The notes beneath the pieces are model-generated. The model was not told the origin of the DNA. It searched no databases and saw nothing but the letters and a program-made list of their open reading frames with translations. Below are positions 9,248 to 18,847 of a DNA stretch of 64,000 nucleotides, piece by piece; positions within the stretch are counted from its first letter, which is position 1, and every line of letters begins with the position of its first letter. This stretch comes from a virus (taxonomy: Duplodnaviria; Caudoviricetes): IMG/VR virus record IMGVR_UViG_3300033120_000925, positions 1 to 64,000 of that record; one strand, given 5' to 3'. The position numbers and the translations under genes are program-made.

Positions 9248-12200
9248 ATGGGTTAATTTTCATTCTTCCAAAATTAGGAACGCCTGGAACTCCTTTTTTA
9301 GAACTTTTAGACTTTTCTTCAAAATCAGGGTCTTTTCTTAATCCAAAACTTTCTACTATTCCTCCTTGGAAAAATCCGTTTAGGAAGCCACTCGTGTAGT
9401 AGTTAGTTTTGTCGTATTCTCCTTTTACTAATCCTTTGTAAATTTGTTTTACATCTTTCGCTGCTCTTACAGGGCCGGGGAATTCAAATCGTTTTCCTAA
9501 CATCGCTCCTAAATCTCCTGAAGCCTCGCTTATTTTTACTTCATCATTTTCCGTATATCCTTTGGCATATTTTTCAAGTATTTTATAAGTATTTTTTTGA
9601 TCGTCGAAGAAGTCTGCTTTTACATTAACCATTTTTGCAATATATCTTCCAAAATCTTTATCTTTAATAGCAAGTATCAAAACTACTGCGTCAGGAACAG
9701 TTTTGTCAAAATACTTTTTAGCCCACTTATTTTCTTTAAGCCATTTTTCTATTTCGTCGTCGGCTCCAGAAGCAGACATTCCCCCGATAATAGAAGCGGT
9801 TATTATTGCTCCCATAAGCATTGTGGCTGATGTACTTCTTAAATTCATACCTCGATATAATGACTCCTCCATATTTTTAATTCCTTCGTCGGTAGTTACA
9901 TCAAGTTTTCCTGCCATTTTTAATTGCATCACGTCATCTCGCAATGAAACTAAACTTAATGGATTGGCGCTTTTTTGAAGTCCTTTTACAAACCAGTTTG
10001 TTCCTCCTCCTACGAATGTAGAAATGAAATTTTTCCATATTATTTGATTAACAACTGCTCCTGCGGCATTACTCCATTTTTTTTCTTTTATGGCATCAGC
10101 AACTTTCTTTTCAATTTGAGCGCCTTTAGCTGATATTTGGTCAGTAACCCAGTTATTTGATACGTGGCCAATATCTTTTCCTGCTGATTTATATGCTGCG
10201 GCGTAAATTGCTTTTAGTTCGGTTTCCGTCAATTGTCCTCCGCTTACCAATGATTCTTTTACGATGTCGGCGGCGAGAGATTTTATAGATGATTCAGAAT
10301 CGTTAAGCAGTTTTCTCCCTGCATCTTCATTAACTTTTTCAATTAATGCTTTTGCTTTTACCAATGCTTCTTTCATAGAATCTCCGGTAATAGCTTTTGC
10401 CACATAGTCTAAAGCATCAGAATTGCTCATTCCTTTTGCTTCTAAAACCTTGATTGTGGCACGAACCATTTTAGCTTCTGTAATCAATATTTTATTGTAA
10501 CTATCCGCACCTTCCAATACGGGTTTAGCCATATAGGTAGAGATAATTGCGTGATACACTCTATTGGTAGTGGCATTATTGAAATAATCCTCAACAGCAC
10601 TATGGTTTAGTAAAAGCGAAGATGTATCTCCATAAGATTCCGCCGCTTCCAATGTAATACCTCTTAGTTTTGCTCTTGCGTTTATTTTAGATTGTGCTTT
10701 TATCGCTTTATTTGATGTTTTTTTACCACTTGCGATATTTGCCATTGCATCCATCATATTATTAGCGGCTCTTGCCATCATTCCGGAAGATATATTTTCA
10801 GCTAAATTCCCAAGATTTACCAATTTAAAACGAGTGGATAAATTGGTAATTTCGCTTAATGCAACGGCAAGTTTAAATTTCCAATCTGCTTGTGAAAAAG
10901 CAAGCGTGGCTACTAATCGAGATTGTCTTCTGCTTAAAGAGTTTACGGCACTTTTGATTTCAGTGTCCGAAAGTCCTGAATCCATTAAAACAGCATAACC
11001 TCTAGCTATCTCTTTCATTTCATCGAACGCCATTTGGTCTAATCCATTAAATCCTAAAACACTATTGATGATTTTTTCGTAGCTATCTTTGTTTTTTTCG
11101 AATAATCCATAATTGTAAAGTTCAGCGAGTTTCTTGGCCGCCGATTTAGTATTTACAGGTTTTCTATCTGCATTTCTGTTTTGAAGTTCATTTAATCCTT
11201 TTTCGATAACGTCCGAAGTCAATCTTACATACTCTCTCTCAAGAGCTTTTTTCATTTCGTTTATCTCGGCTTTGGAATATTTGCTTCCTTTGAGAGATTC
11301 CTCTACATTTTTACGGATATTAGAAATTGTTCCCGCTTCACCCGCAAGTTTTTTCCAATCTAATACGGTACGTTTTTCTTTTGTTTTTACATTTCTACCA
11401 TCCGCATCTTTCACCAATTTACCCGAAGCATCTCTTTCATTTTTAGTAACGGTTATTTCCCTGCTAAAACCTTTTTCTATCAACGCTTTTTTTACAATTT
11501 CCTTTACAGAATCTTGCTTTTCTTGGGCTTCTGTTTTTGGCTTGGCTTTTTTAATGGAATGTTCTTTTAAAATATCTGAAACATCTGTTTTGTTTATTCC
11601 TGGAAAGACTTCTTTGATGTCGTTGTAAACCTCGTTTACTATTTGTCGTGTGGTCATTCCACCAAGTTCTGCCAATAGTTTTGACAGTTTTATGATATGA
11701 GGAGCCACAGCCTGTAATTGGGCTGCATAAGGAATGGAAGACATCGCTGCGTTTCCTTTTGCTACTTTTAGCAGGTCTTTTCTCATTTGGGCCAAAACAT
11801 TACTAATGTCTTTTTTTACGGCCTCTTTGTTTCTTTTTACAGTTGGTTCCTCAATAACAAAATCTTCATCACTTTCCTGATTTTCAGATTCATTATTTAT
11901 GTCGTCAGGGCTAACTTGTATTAGTTTTTGAATTTTACCTTTGTCGTTTTTTTGCTTAGTAGTAAGTATTGCATTAGTAAATTCTTCTTCTGAAAATCCG
12001 TTTTTAGCCAATTCTCTAAATCTTTCAATTCTAAAACGACCTGCCCCCATAGCTCTTGCACTATTAGCTAAAAACTCTTGGGATTTGGCACGAACTAAAT
12101 CTTGCAATTTCTGAACTCCTACATTTTTAGGAAATTCTTTTACTCTTGCATCCATTTCGTTTTCAAGCAATACATAAGCCACAGCTTTCTTTTCAGGGCT

Positions 12201-15200
12201 TAAATTAGCTTGTTCTATGAATGATAAAGTTTTTTCTACATATTCTGCTCCAAACAATCTTTTTGCGTGTTCTATGGCTCTAATTCCAATTTGAACTCTC
12301 GCAAAATCTTTTTGAACTTCGTAGTCTTGGTTGTTTCTTGTTTCACCGTGTTCTCTTGCGATAGTTCGCCCACTATCGTATTGGTTAATTTCATCCGAAC
12401 TTGGATCTAAATTCCAACTATCTCTGAAATCCTCCATATCTTTAGAAGATTCTTTAGATTCAGGTTTTTGTGGCTCGGCTTCCTTCTTAGGATTAATCCT
12501 TTCCTTTATTTCGTCGATGTTTACGTCGAAATCAATGGTTTTTTTAAGGTGTTCAATAGTTTTTGAGATTGCTTCGTCAATATGTATTCCGGCGGCGATT
12601 GCTTGTTTTGCGATATTTGCAATCACTTCTACAATGTCAATTCCGTTTTTGTTTAATCCCTCGATGTCGTCAACTTTTATCTTTATTCCAAAGATAGAGT
12701 CGATACCGTTTAAGGCATCTTTGATATTATCTACTTTGGCGTCGGATAGTTTTATCCTTTCGGCTATTTTTTCTTTGGTTGTGGGCTTTGGTTTTTCGGG
12801 AGAAAATAAAGGCACTGATTCTCCCGTTAATTCAGTATTAATTCTTTGCCATATAGTGAAATTATCTATGTTCTTTCCATTCCTTATTTCTTCTGCACGC
12901 TCAAGTCCTTTTGTAAGATTTTCTTCTTTTGTTTTTTCGCTAACGTGGTCTGCATACTTATCTTCTTTTCTGATTCCACGTTGTATTTTAGCCCAATCAT
13001 CAGCAACTTTATTTAAAGCGTCACTTAATCTTTTTCCTGAAACTTGTTCGCCTGTATGTGTTGTAAATTTTAAATCCTCTACACCACCTTCTTTTTTATT
13101 TGACAGAGGCACATTAGTGTCCCCCTGTGCAATTTCCACGATTTTACCTTTTACATCATCGTAAAATTTGCCAAACGCTTCTTTCGTAGATAATTCTCCT
13201 TTTGGGTCGTATTTATCCCTGAAGGATTTTGACGTTTCGCTTGAAACCCCCTGAATATTTTTAATTTTATCAAAAGCCTCATCAACTGATTTACTTTCAT
13301 TGACTACTTTTTCAAATTCAGCAAAAGGACTTACTTCAACATCTCCTTTTGATTTAGGTTGGGGAGTTTCGGCGGTTTTTTTAAGTTCAATACTATAATT
13401 TTTTATTTCATTTTTTAAATCCTGAAAATACTTTACTGTTTCTTCTCCTTTTTTCTGCGCTATTCCATTAAGCATAACCTTAACTTTATCATAAAGCACA
13501 TCCAGTGCTTTTAAATCATTTTCTGATTTTGCTCTCTGAAACTCTTTATCCCAAGAATTATTATTTCCACCTACCGAAGCATCTCCCTTAACTTCTCCAC
13601 CGTCAACGGAACTCGGTACACTACTTTTTGAATTACTTTTTGGCTTGGCGTTTCCACTTTCTCCCACATTTGAAGCTCCAAGTTGAACGTTTCCATCAAT
13701 AGGAGTATTTGTTTCCGGTGTTGCTTCATTTCTTGGGTTATTTTCTATGAAATTATTTTTATAAGCACTATTCCTTCCTCCTTTGTTTTGAGAATCTTTT
13801 ATTACTACAGTTTCATTTGTGCTTGGTGCGTGTAAAACACTTTCTCCTTGAATAGTTTTACCCACTTCGAACCATCCGTTCCCTTCATTTTTAACTCCAT
13901 CAACTAAAGCCTTATCCCAATGCTCCTGATTATTAATAATTTTTTCAGTTATTTCAGGCTCATTATCAATATTTGCATCTTTAATATCTACAGCCTGTGC
14001 GTTTTCCAAAGAAGGAGTTTTTGTAAAATTATATTTTCGCCCCTCAACACTCGGAGCAACTACATCTTCTACTGGAGGTGTTTCTACTTTCTCTGCTTCG
14101 GCTTGTTGTGGTACTTCGGCTTGTGGTTGGGCTTCTGGAGTAGGGGGAGTTTGCTCATTGGTTTCGTTTATGATGGTTGTATTTTCGTCGTCAAGAGTTT
14201 TGTATTCTTCTTTCAATCCGTCAAGAACAGTTTTTTTAGCGACATCATCTAGTTCGAAATCTTCTTTTACATCAACGGCTTTTTGTTGTATTTCGGATAT
14301 TTTTTTGCTATTCTCATAAACTGTTTCTATTTTTTCCAATGGCATTTCTCCCATTTTATCAATAGTTTTGTTTATGATTTCAGAACTTTCCTTGGTCGCT
14401 TTAGTTATTTGCTGTTCAATTACTGTTTTGGTCGCTTCGCTAATGTTTTCGTTATCCAATTGCTTCGATAATTCCGCTATTTTTTTGGCGTTGATGTCCA
14501 TTGCTTTTACATTGGCTTTGTCTGTAAAAGTTTTCACCGCTGAAATAGCAACGTGAGGAATTGCTCCGGTTGCGCCTATCATTCCCGTAAGCAAAGCAGT
14601 GTCTTTTAATGTCTTGATGGAATTGTCAAAATAACCTACTTTTTTATCCCCAAGAATATCCCTGTTTATGGCATTTTGAACGATATTGTCGGCCAATTCC
14701 GTGGACATTTCTTTTCCGGTATCTTTAGCTATGTTTTTCGCAATGCTTTTTCCAGTAGTTTTTATTGCTTGGTCAATTAACTCCTTTCCTGCCGTTTCTT
14801 TTAAAGCGGAACGCCACACGTTTGCACTGTTTCTTAAAGTAGATATAGTAGGAAGTTCGGATAAAATAGCCGTGGATAGCCCACTAACAAACGGAGTAAT
14901 TGCCATCTGTGCAGGAGTATAGTTTTTCCCGTTCTTTTGAGCCTGAAACATTTCAGAATATTTATCTCCGGCGCCTTCAACTCCTAAAAGAGCTGCTCCA
15001 AAAATACCTCCGGTAGCAACTTGTGACAGAGTTCCCGTTTGGTTTGCTAATAAGTCTGTAGAGTATTGAAAGAAATTATCTAAAGTTATCTCTTTGTTGT
15101 CAGGACGAAAACTATCTTTTTTTTCTTGAAGAAATTCTTTTGCTTCCTTGATTCCTTCTTGTTTGTATTCTTCATTTGCGCCGAGCATATTGGCAACGTA

Positions 15201-16259
15201 ATTGGCTCCTGAATACAAACTTACTCCCGCATTGGCTATTGATGAAACAGCCCTCGAAACAGTATTGTCAAAAGCATTGTAGTTTCTTTTAAACGCATCA
15301 AATTCGTCTTGTGCCGTACCCAATTCGCTATTAGTTGTGGTGAATTTTTTATAGTCAGAATCTAAATATTTTATGATTTTATTTCGCTCATTTGTCAGTT
15401 CTAATCTGTCGTTTTCAGAAAGATTGGAGTTTTCTAAATCCGCCGTCAATTGCTCAAAATACGTTTGATTTAAACCTATTCTATTAGTAATATCCTTTTT
15501 GTCCTTGGATAGTGTTTTAAATCTTTCGTCGGCATCAATTTTTAATGTAGATTTAGTTTGCGGATCAACATTTTCAAGGTAAGTATTTATTTTCTGTTGC
15601 TTTTTCTCCAAATTTATATTGTCAACGTAAATTTGCTTGGCCTTGGCGTTAATGTCTTCTTTTTTAGGACTTTTAATACCTTCCATCTTCAATGACTCAA
15701 TTGCTTCTTTTTTCTCGTCGGCAAAAGGGTCTGTGTTTATTTTTAAGTCTTCTGGAGTAGCGCCTTCATCTGTCATTTTTAAAACAAAATCACTGGCAGT
15801 ATTCAAAAAATCTTTCGTACCGGCTTTGATGTTATTCCAAATACCTTCTTGGTTGGTTTTTGCTAATAAATCAGCTTGAGTATCTTGTTTTTCCTGTTCA
15901 GAAAGTTTGGTGTTTGCTCGGTATTTTAAGATTTCTTTCTTCTGTAATTCCTTTCTTTTGGCAATATTTTCAGGAGAATTTATTACAGCCTCAACTTTTT
16001 TATTTACTTTAGGCAATGGAATTTCAGGCGAATTCATTTTTTTTAAATCCACCGGAGAAAAACCGTCAAAACTCTTAATACTAGATTTTACTCCACCCGA
16101 AGAACCAGTAGGAGTTCCCGAACCCGATTTTTGAGGAGTTGAAGTAGGTTTCGATTCGTCTTTTTTTTTTAATTCTACACTATCAGTAGGAGGAACGAAT
16201 GTGTCACTATTTGATTTTGCAGTTACTTTTCCATCTGTAGGCGGTATGAACTCTCCCAT
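9246..16259 (-). CDS. Large internal virion/DNA ejection protein (2337 aa)
   Basis: Size, helical Ala/Lys-rich composition, last position of podovirus tail/ejection block. Confidence 0.7.
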   Translation of the reverse strand: MGEFIPPTDGKVTAKSNSDTFVPPTDSVELKKKDESKPTSTPQKSGSGTPTGSSGGVKSSIKSFDGFSPVDLKKMNSPEIPLPKVNKKVEAVINSPENIAKRKELQKKEILKYRANTKLSEQEKQDTQADLLAKTNQEGIWNNIKAGTKDFLNTASDFVLKMTDEGATPEDLKINTDPFADEKKEAIESLKMEGIKSPKKEDINAKAKQIYVDNINLEKKQQKINTYLENVDPQTKSTLKIDADERFKTLSKDKKDITNRIGLNQTYFEQLTADLENSNLSENDRLELTNERNKIIKYLDSDYKKFTTTNSELGTAQDEFDAFKRNYNAFDNTVSRAVSSIANAGVSLYSGANYVANMLGANEEYKQEGIKEAKEFLQEKKDSFRPDNKEITLDNFFQYSTDLLANQTGTLSQVATGGIFGAALLGVEGAGDKYSEMFQAQKNGKNYTPAQMAITPFVSGLSTAILSELPTISTLRNSANVWRSALKETAGKELIDQAIKTTGKSIAKNIAKDTGKEMSTELADNIVQNAINRDILGDKKVGYFDNSIKTLKDTALLTGMIGATGAIPHVAISAVKTFTDKANVKAMDINAKKIAELSKQLDNENISEATKTVIEQQITKATKESSEIINKTIDKMGEMPLEKIETVYENSKKISEIQQKAVDVKEDFELDDVAKKTVLDGLKEEYKTLDDENTTIINETNEQTPPTPEAQPQAEVPQQAEAEKVETPPVEDVVAPSVEGRKYNFTKTPSLENAQAVDIKDANIDNEPEITEKIINNQEHWDKALVDGVKNEGNGWFEVGKTIQGESVLHAPSTNETVVIKDSQNKGGRNSAYKNNFIENNPRNEATPETNTPIDGNVQLGASNVGESGNAKPKSNSKSSVPSSVDGGEVKGDASVGGNNNSWDKEFQRAKSENDLKALDVLYDKVKVMLNGIAQKKGEETVKYFQDLKNEIKNYSIELKKTAETPQPKSKGDVEVSPFAEFEKVVNESKSVDEAFDKIKNIQGVSSETSKSFRDKYDPKGELSTKEAFGKFYDDVKGKIVEIAQGDTNVPLSNKKEGGVEDLKFTTHTGEQVSGKRLSDALNKVADDWAKIQRGIRKEDKYADHVSEKTKEENLTKGLERAEEIRNGKNIDNFTIWQRINTELTGESVPLFSPEKPKPTTKEKIAERIKLSDAKVDNIKDALNGIDSIFGIKIKVDDIEGLNKNGIDIVEVIANIAKQAIAAGIHIDEAISKTIEHLKKTIDFDVNIDEIKERINPKKEAEPQKPESKESSKDMEDFRDSWNLDPSSDEINQYDSGRTIAREHGETRNNQDYEVQKDFARVQIGIRAIEHAKRLFGAEYVEKTLSFIEQANLSPEKKAVAYVLLENEMDARVKEFPKNVGVQKLQDLVRAKSQEFLANSARAMGAGRFRIERFRELAKNGFSEEEFTNAILTTKQKNDKGKIQKLIQVSPDDINNESENQESDEDFVIEEPTVKRNKEAVKKDISNVLAQMRKDLLKVAKGNAAMSSIPYAAQLQAVAPHIIKLSKLLAELGGMTTRQIVNEVYNDIKEVFPGINKTDVSDILKEHSIKKAKPKTEAQEKQDSVKEIVKKALIEKGFSREITVTKNERDASGKLVKDADGRNVKTKEKRTVLDWKKLAGEAGTISNIRKNVEESLKGSKYSKAEINEMKKALEREYVRLTSDVIEKGLNELQNRNADRKPVNTKSAAKKLAELYNYGLFEKNKDSYEKIINSVLGFNGLDQMAFDEMKEIARGYAVLMDSGLSDTEIKSAVNSLSRRQSRLVATLAFSQADWKFKLAVALSEITNLSTRFKLVNLGNLAENISSGMMARAANNMMDAMANIASGKKTSNKAIKAQSKINARAKLRGITLEAAESYGDTSSLLLNHSAVEDYFNNATTNRVYHAIISTYMAKPVLEGADSYNKILITEAKMVRATIKVLEAKGMSNSDALDYVAKAITGDSMKEALVKAKALIEKVNEDAGRKLLNDSESSIKSLAADIVKESLVSGGQLTETELKAIYAAAYKSAGKDIGHVSNNWVTDQISAKGAQIEKKVADAIKEKKWSNAAGAVVNQIIWKNFISTFVGGGTNWFVKGLQKSANPLSLVSLRDDVMQLKMAGKLDVTTDEGIKNMEESLYRGMNLRSTSATMLMGAIITASIIGGMSASGADDEIEKWLKENKWAKKYFDKTVPDAVVLILAIKDKDFGRYIAKMVNVKADFFDDQKNTYKILEKYAKGYTENDEVKISEASGDLGAMLGKRFEFPGPVRAAKDVKQIYKGLVKGEYDKTNYYTSGFLNGFFQGGIVESFGLRKDPDFEEKSKSSKKGVPGVPNFGRMKINP

Positions 16260-16262
16260 TTT

Positions 16263-17609
16263 TTAGTTTTTAGTATATGTATTTCCGTCTAATCCAACTA
16301 GTTTTTGACCTTTTTTTAACTTCGCCCACGAAGCATTCCATTGAGCTTGTGTTTGCTTTGGAGTTTCCTTTACTACTGGTTTGGTAGAAGGAGTTTTCGA
16401 ATTAACTTTTGTAGAAGTTCTTATAACCTTGAATGAACCAGCAGGCCAATCTTCGCTAGTCATATTTTTACCTTTGTTTTCAGGTTTAGAATAGAAATCT
16501 TTTTTAGCTTTGGCGCCAATATCTGTAAATTTATATTCTGTAGTTCCTACGGTAACGGTATTTTTGTCTAGTTGTTTTTCGTTGAATTCCTTGGCTTTAA
16601 AATCATTCGCTATTTTATCTTGACCTTTTTCATAATCAAACTTCATTTGGTCTAAATATGGTTTTTCCGATGTCGTTGTAGGCGTGGTTTCCATCAAAAG
16701 TCCTTTATAATAATCGGCTACCTTCGCTAAAACTTCTGGATTCTTGTAATTAGATTCGTCATCCGGATCAATTTTTAATTCCGGCATTTGCTCTATTGCA
16801 GAGTAAACAGCACTGTGGTTTTGAATAAGTTCTTGTGCTTTGGCCGTGGCCACTTTTTCTGCTCCTGGATATGTAGTTGTAGTAATTTCTTTGTTCCCTA
16901 CTATTTTTGGAGTTACCGTTGCTTTGCCTACGTTTTTTTGATACTGTTCAATCAATCCTTTTTCTCCCGAAATATCAAATTTAGGCTCCACGGTAAGTAA
17001 GTCCGTAATTTGTTTGGAATTTAATTTACTGTAGAGAATTTTTGACACATTTCCGTTTTCATCTCTATCTACCAATGTATAAACTGCACGTCCGTTTTCG
17101 TCGTTTTCCTGCATCAAATCTCCTTTAGCCATCTTGTCTAAGATAGCTTTCTTTTTGGACATACTAGAAGGGCTGTAGCCCGCTTCATTTTTTTTCCAAT
17201 CTTCCATTTTTAACGCTAATGCTTTAGGCATTTCGTTAAGATTGTTGATGCTTGATTTTGCGTTTTCGGCTACGGCAAGATATTTTTTATCGCCGGTTTT
17301 ACGGTAATTGTCCTGCGCTTCTAAATATGATTTTTGAGCATTGTCAATAGCTTGTCGATTAGCTCCATCGATACTTGTCCCTGTGGCAATAAACGGGTAT
17401 TTCGAACTAAACTCCATAGAATCATTGAAATCCCTTCTTCTTTGCTCTTGTAAGTTTTGCTCATCTGCAATACGTGTTCTCTCGTCCGCTATACGTTGAG
17501 CATTTTGCCTATACATACTATCTTGTACGTTAGACATTGCTTCTCCTAAATAATTTCTTGTAGGGCCTACTGTTGCGTAACCTGCTTCTCCGCCTATAAC
17601 TCCTGCCAT
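16263..17609 (-). CDS. Putative internal virion/ejection protein
   Basis: Coiled-coil N-terminus; synteny. Confidence 0.6.
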   Translation of the reverse strand: MAGVIGGEAGYATVGPTRNYLGEAMSNVQDSMYRQNAQRIADERTRIADEQNLQEQRRRDFNDSMEFSSKYPFIATGTSIDGANRQAIDNAQKSYLEAQDNYRKTGDKKYLAVAENAKSSINNLNEMPKALALKMEDWKKNEAGYSPSSMSKKKAILDKMAKGDLMQENDENGRAVYTLVDRDENGNVSKILYSKLNSKQITDLLTVEPKFDISGEKGLIEQYQKNVGKATVTPKIVGNKEITTTTYPGAEKVATAKAQELIQNHSAVYSAIEQMPELKIDPDDESNYKNPEVLAKVADYYKGLLMETTPTTTSEKPYLDQMKFDYEKGQDKIANDFKAKEFNEKQLDKNTVTVGTTEYKFTDIGAKAKKDFYSKPENKGKNMTSEDWPAGSFKVIRTSTKVNSKTPSTKPVVKETPKQTQAQWNASWAKLKKGQKLVGLDGNTYTKN

Positions 17610-17612
17610 AAT

Positions 17613-18305
17613 TTATCCGTTTTTAGGTCGTGTTGATGATATTCCTGCTCCCATTGAAGCAAAATCATATTTCTTTTTAACTCCTTTAAACTTATTTAAT
17701 ATATCTGAATTATCAGTATTTACAAGTCCGCTTGGAGTTATTTCAGAAACAGAAGTTAATTTTGCATTTGGAGTTTTGGGCGTTCCTGCTAATTTTCCAG
17801 AACCCGATGCTGCGCCTGCCGCCATACCAAATCCTTGCATCATATTCCCCATACCTTGTGCTTGTGCGTCTTGCGCTCCTGCGTATTGAGAACTTAGCGC
17901 GGCTAGTTTCGCTTGTTGTCGTTGCTCTTTAGTCATCTGGATTCGGCCTTCATCTTGGGCTTTCATCATATCGATGTTCTTTTGTTGAGCGTCCAAGTCG
18001 GCGGCGATGTTTGCATTTACGTTTTGGTTTTGCGCCGAAACTCGACCTACACCAACGCCTAATGCTCTCGATCCTGCATCAGCCAAAGCGCTTGTTTGAG
18101 TGGCGGCCAATCTCGCTTGTTCCTCTTTCTGCAAATCAGAACCAAGCGTAGAAACTTGTAATCCATCTGCGATATTAGTGAGTTTCACTTCTTTTTGATT
18201 GGCAATTTCTTGCGCTATTTTTTTCTTTTGTTTACCGGCACTTATTGCGTTTATTCCACCCATTATCGCCGATGCTCCACCTACTCCTACGGCCACCCAA
18301 GTCAA
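17613..18305 (-). CDS. Putative ejection/pilot protein (Gly/Ala/Gln-rich, TTG start)
   Basis: WVAVGVGGASAIMGGINAISAG start and Q/A-rich helices typical of podovirus pilot proteins. Confidence 0.65.
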   Translation of the reverse strand: MTWVAVGVGGASAIMGGINAISAGKQKKKIAQEIANQKEVKLTNIADGLQVSTLGSDLQKEEQARLAATQTSALADAGSRALGVGVGRVSAQNQNVNANIAADLDAQQKNIDMMKAQDEGRIQMTKEQRQQAKLAALSSQYAGAQDAQAQGMGNMMQGFGMAAGAASGSGKLAGTPKTPNAKLTSVSEITPSGLVNTDNSDILNKFKGVKKKYDFASMGAGISSTRPKNG

Positions 18306-18340
18306 AGCGTATGTTTTTTAAGGTTATTTTTCATCTTTTT

Positions 18341-18793
18341 TTATTTTAAAAGTTTTTTTATCCTGTTTTTCATTTCCAAAGACAAACACGGGTTGTCGTG
18401 CTTCTCTATAATTCTTTCTCCTATTTGCTCTACCGTTTCGTTTTCAGGATTGGGGTGAGAAGTCGCCCAAATACAATCTTCTAATATGTACAAAACTCTA
18501 CGTGTATTAGGTTCAGTAATTCCGATGTACGGCGCTTCAATTAAATGCTCCACTCCATCTATCCACACAATACACTTTCCTTTCATTACAAAATAAGTGT
18601 GTTGTGTTTTATGTATTTTTGACGTAATCAACGAACCTGCTGGCATAAATATCTCTCTTACATAAAGCCCTTCTGTAAATCTATGCGTAACAGGACAATC
18701 CACAATCGGTAAATTTTCCAACATTACCGCTTCTAATTCATCGATTTTATGAGTTAGCGTTTGTTTAGCTATCGTCTTTGAGTTCAATTCCAT
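18341..18793 (-). CDS. Cupin-fold protein in ejection block
   Basis: HRFTEGLYVREIFMPAGSLITSKIHK...H cupin-like pattern. Confidence 0.65.
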   Translation of the reverse strand: MELNSKTIAKQTLTHKIDELEAVMLENLPIVDCPVTHRFTEGLYVREIFMPAGSLITSKIHKTQHTYFVMKGKCIVWIDGVEHLIEAPYIGITEPNTRRVLYILEDCIWATSHPNPENETVEQIGERIIEKHDNPCLSLEMKNRIKKLLK

Positions 18794-18807
18794 TCAAATA
18801 ATTTTAA

Positions 18808-18846
18808 CAAAGATAAAAATAAAACAATTACAAATGTTTGTTGTCG
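18808..18846 (-). promoter_or_regulatory. Late promoter/operator copy 1: CGACAACAAACATTTG-N15-TATCTTTG (minus strand)
   Basis: Motif repeated five times with identical 15-nt spacing. Confidence 0.8.
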
Positions 18847-18847
18847 T

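Noticed and set aside
12520-12545. IDFDVNID in the 2337-aa protein as a virion RNA polymerase DFDxD motif
   Set aside because: The third Asp is not in register and the context is helical and low-complexity, with no double-psi barrel features seen.
9597-16134. Many plus-strand ORFs opposite long genes (also 20-23 kb, 26.5 kb, 29-33 kb, 61172)
   Set aside because: These are antisense shadow frames with F/S/L-rich composition and no promoter or start context.
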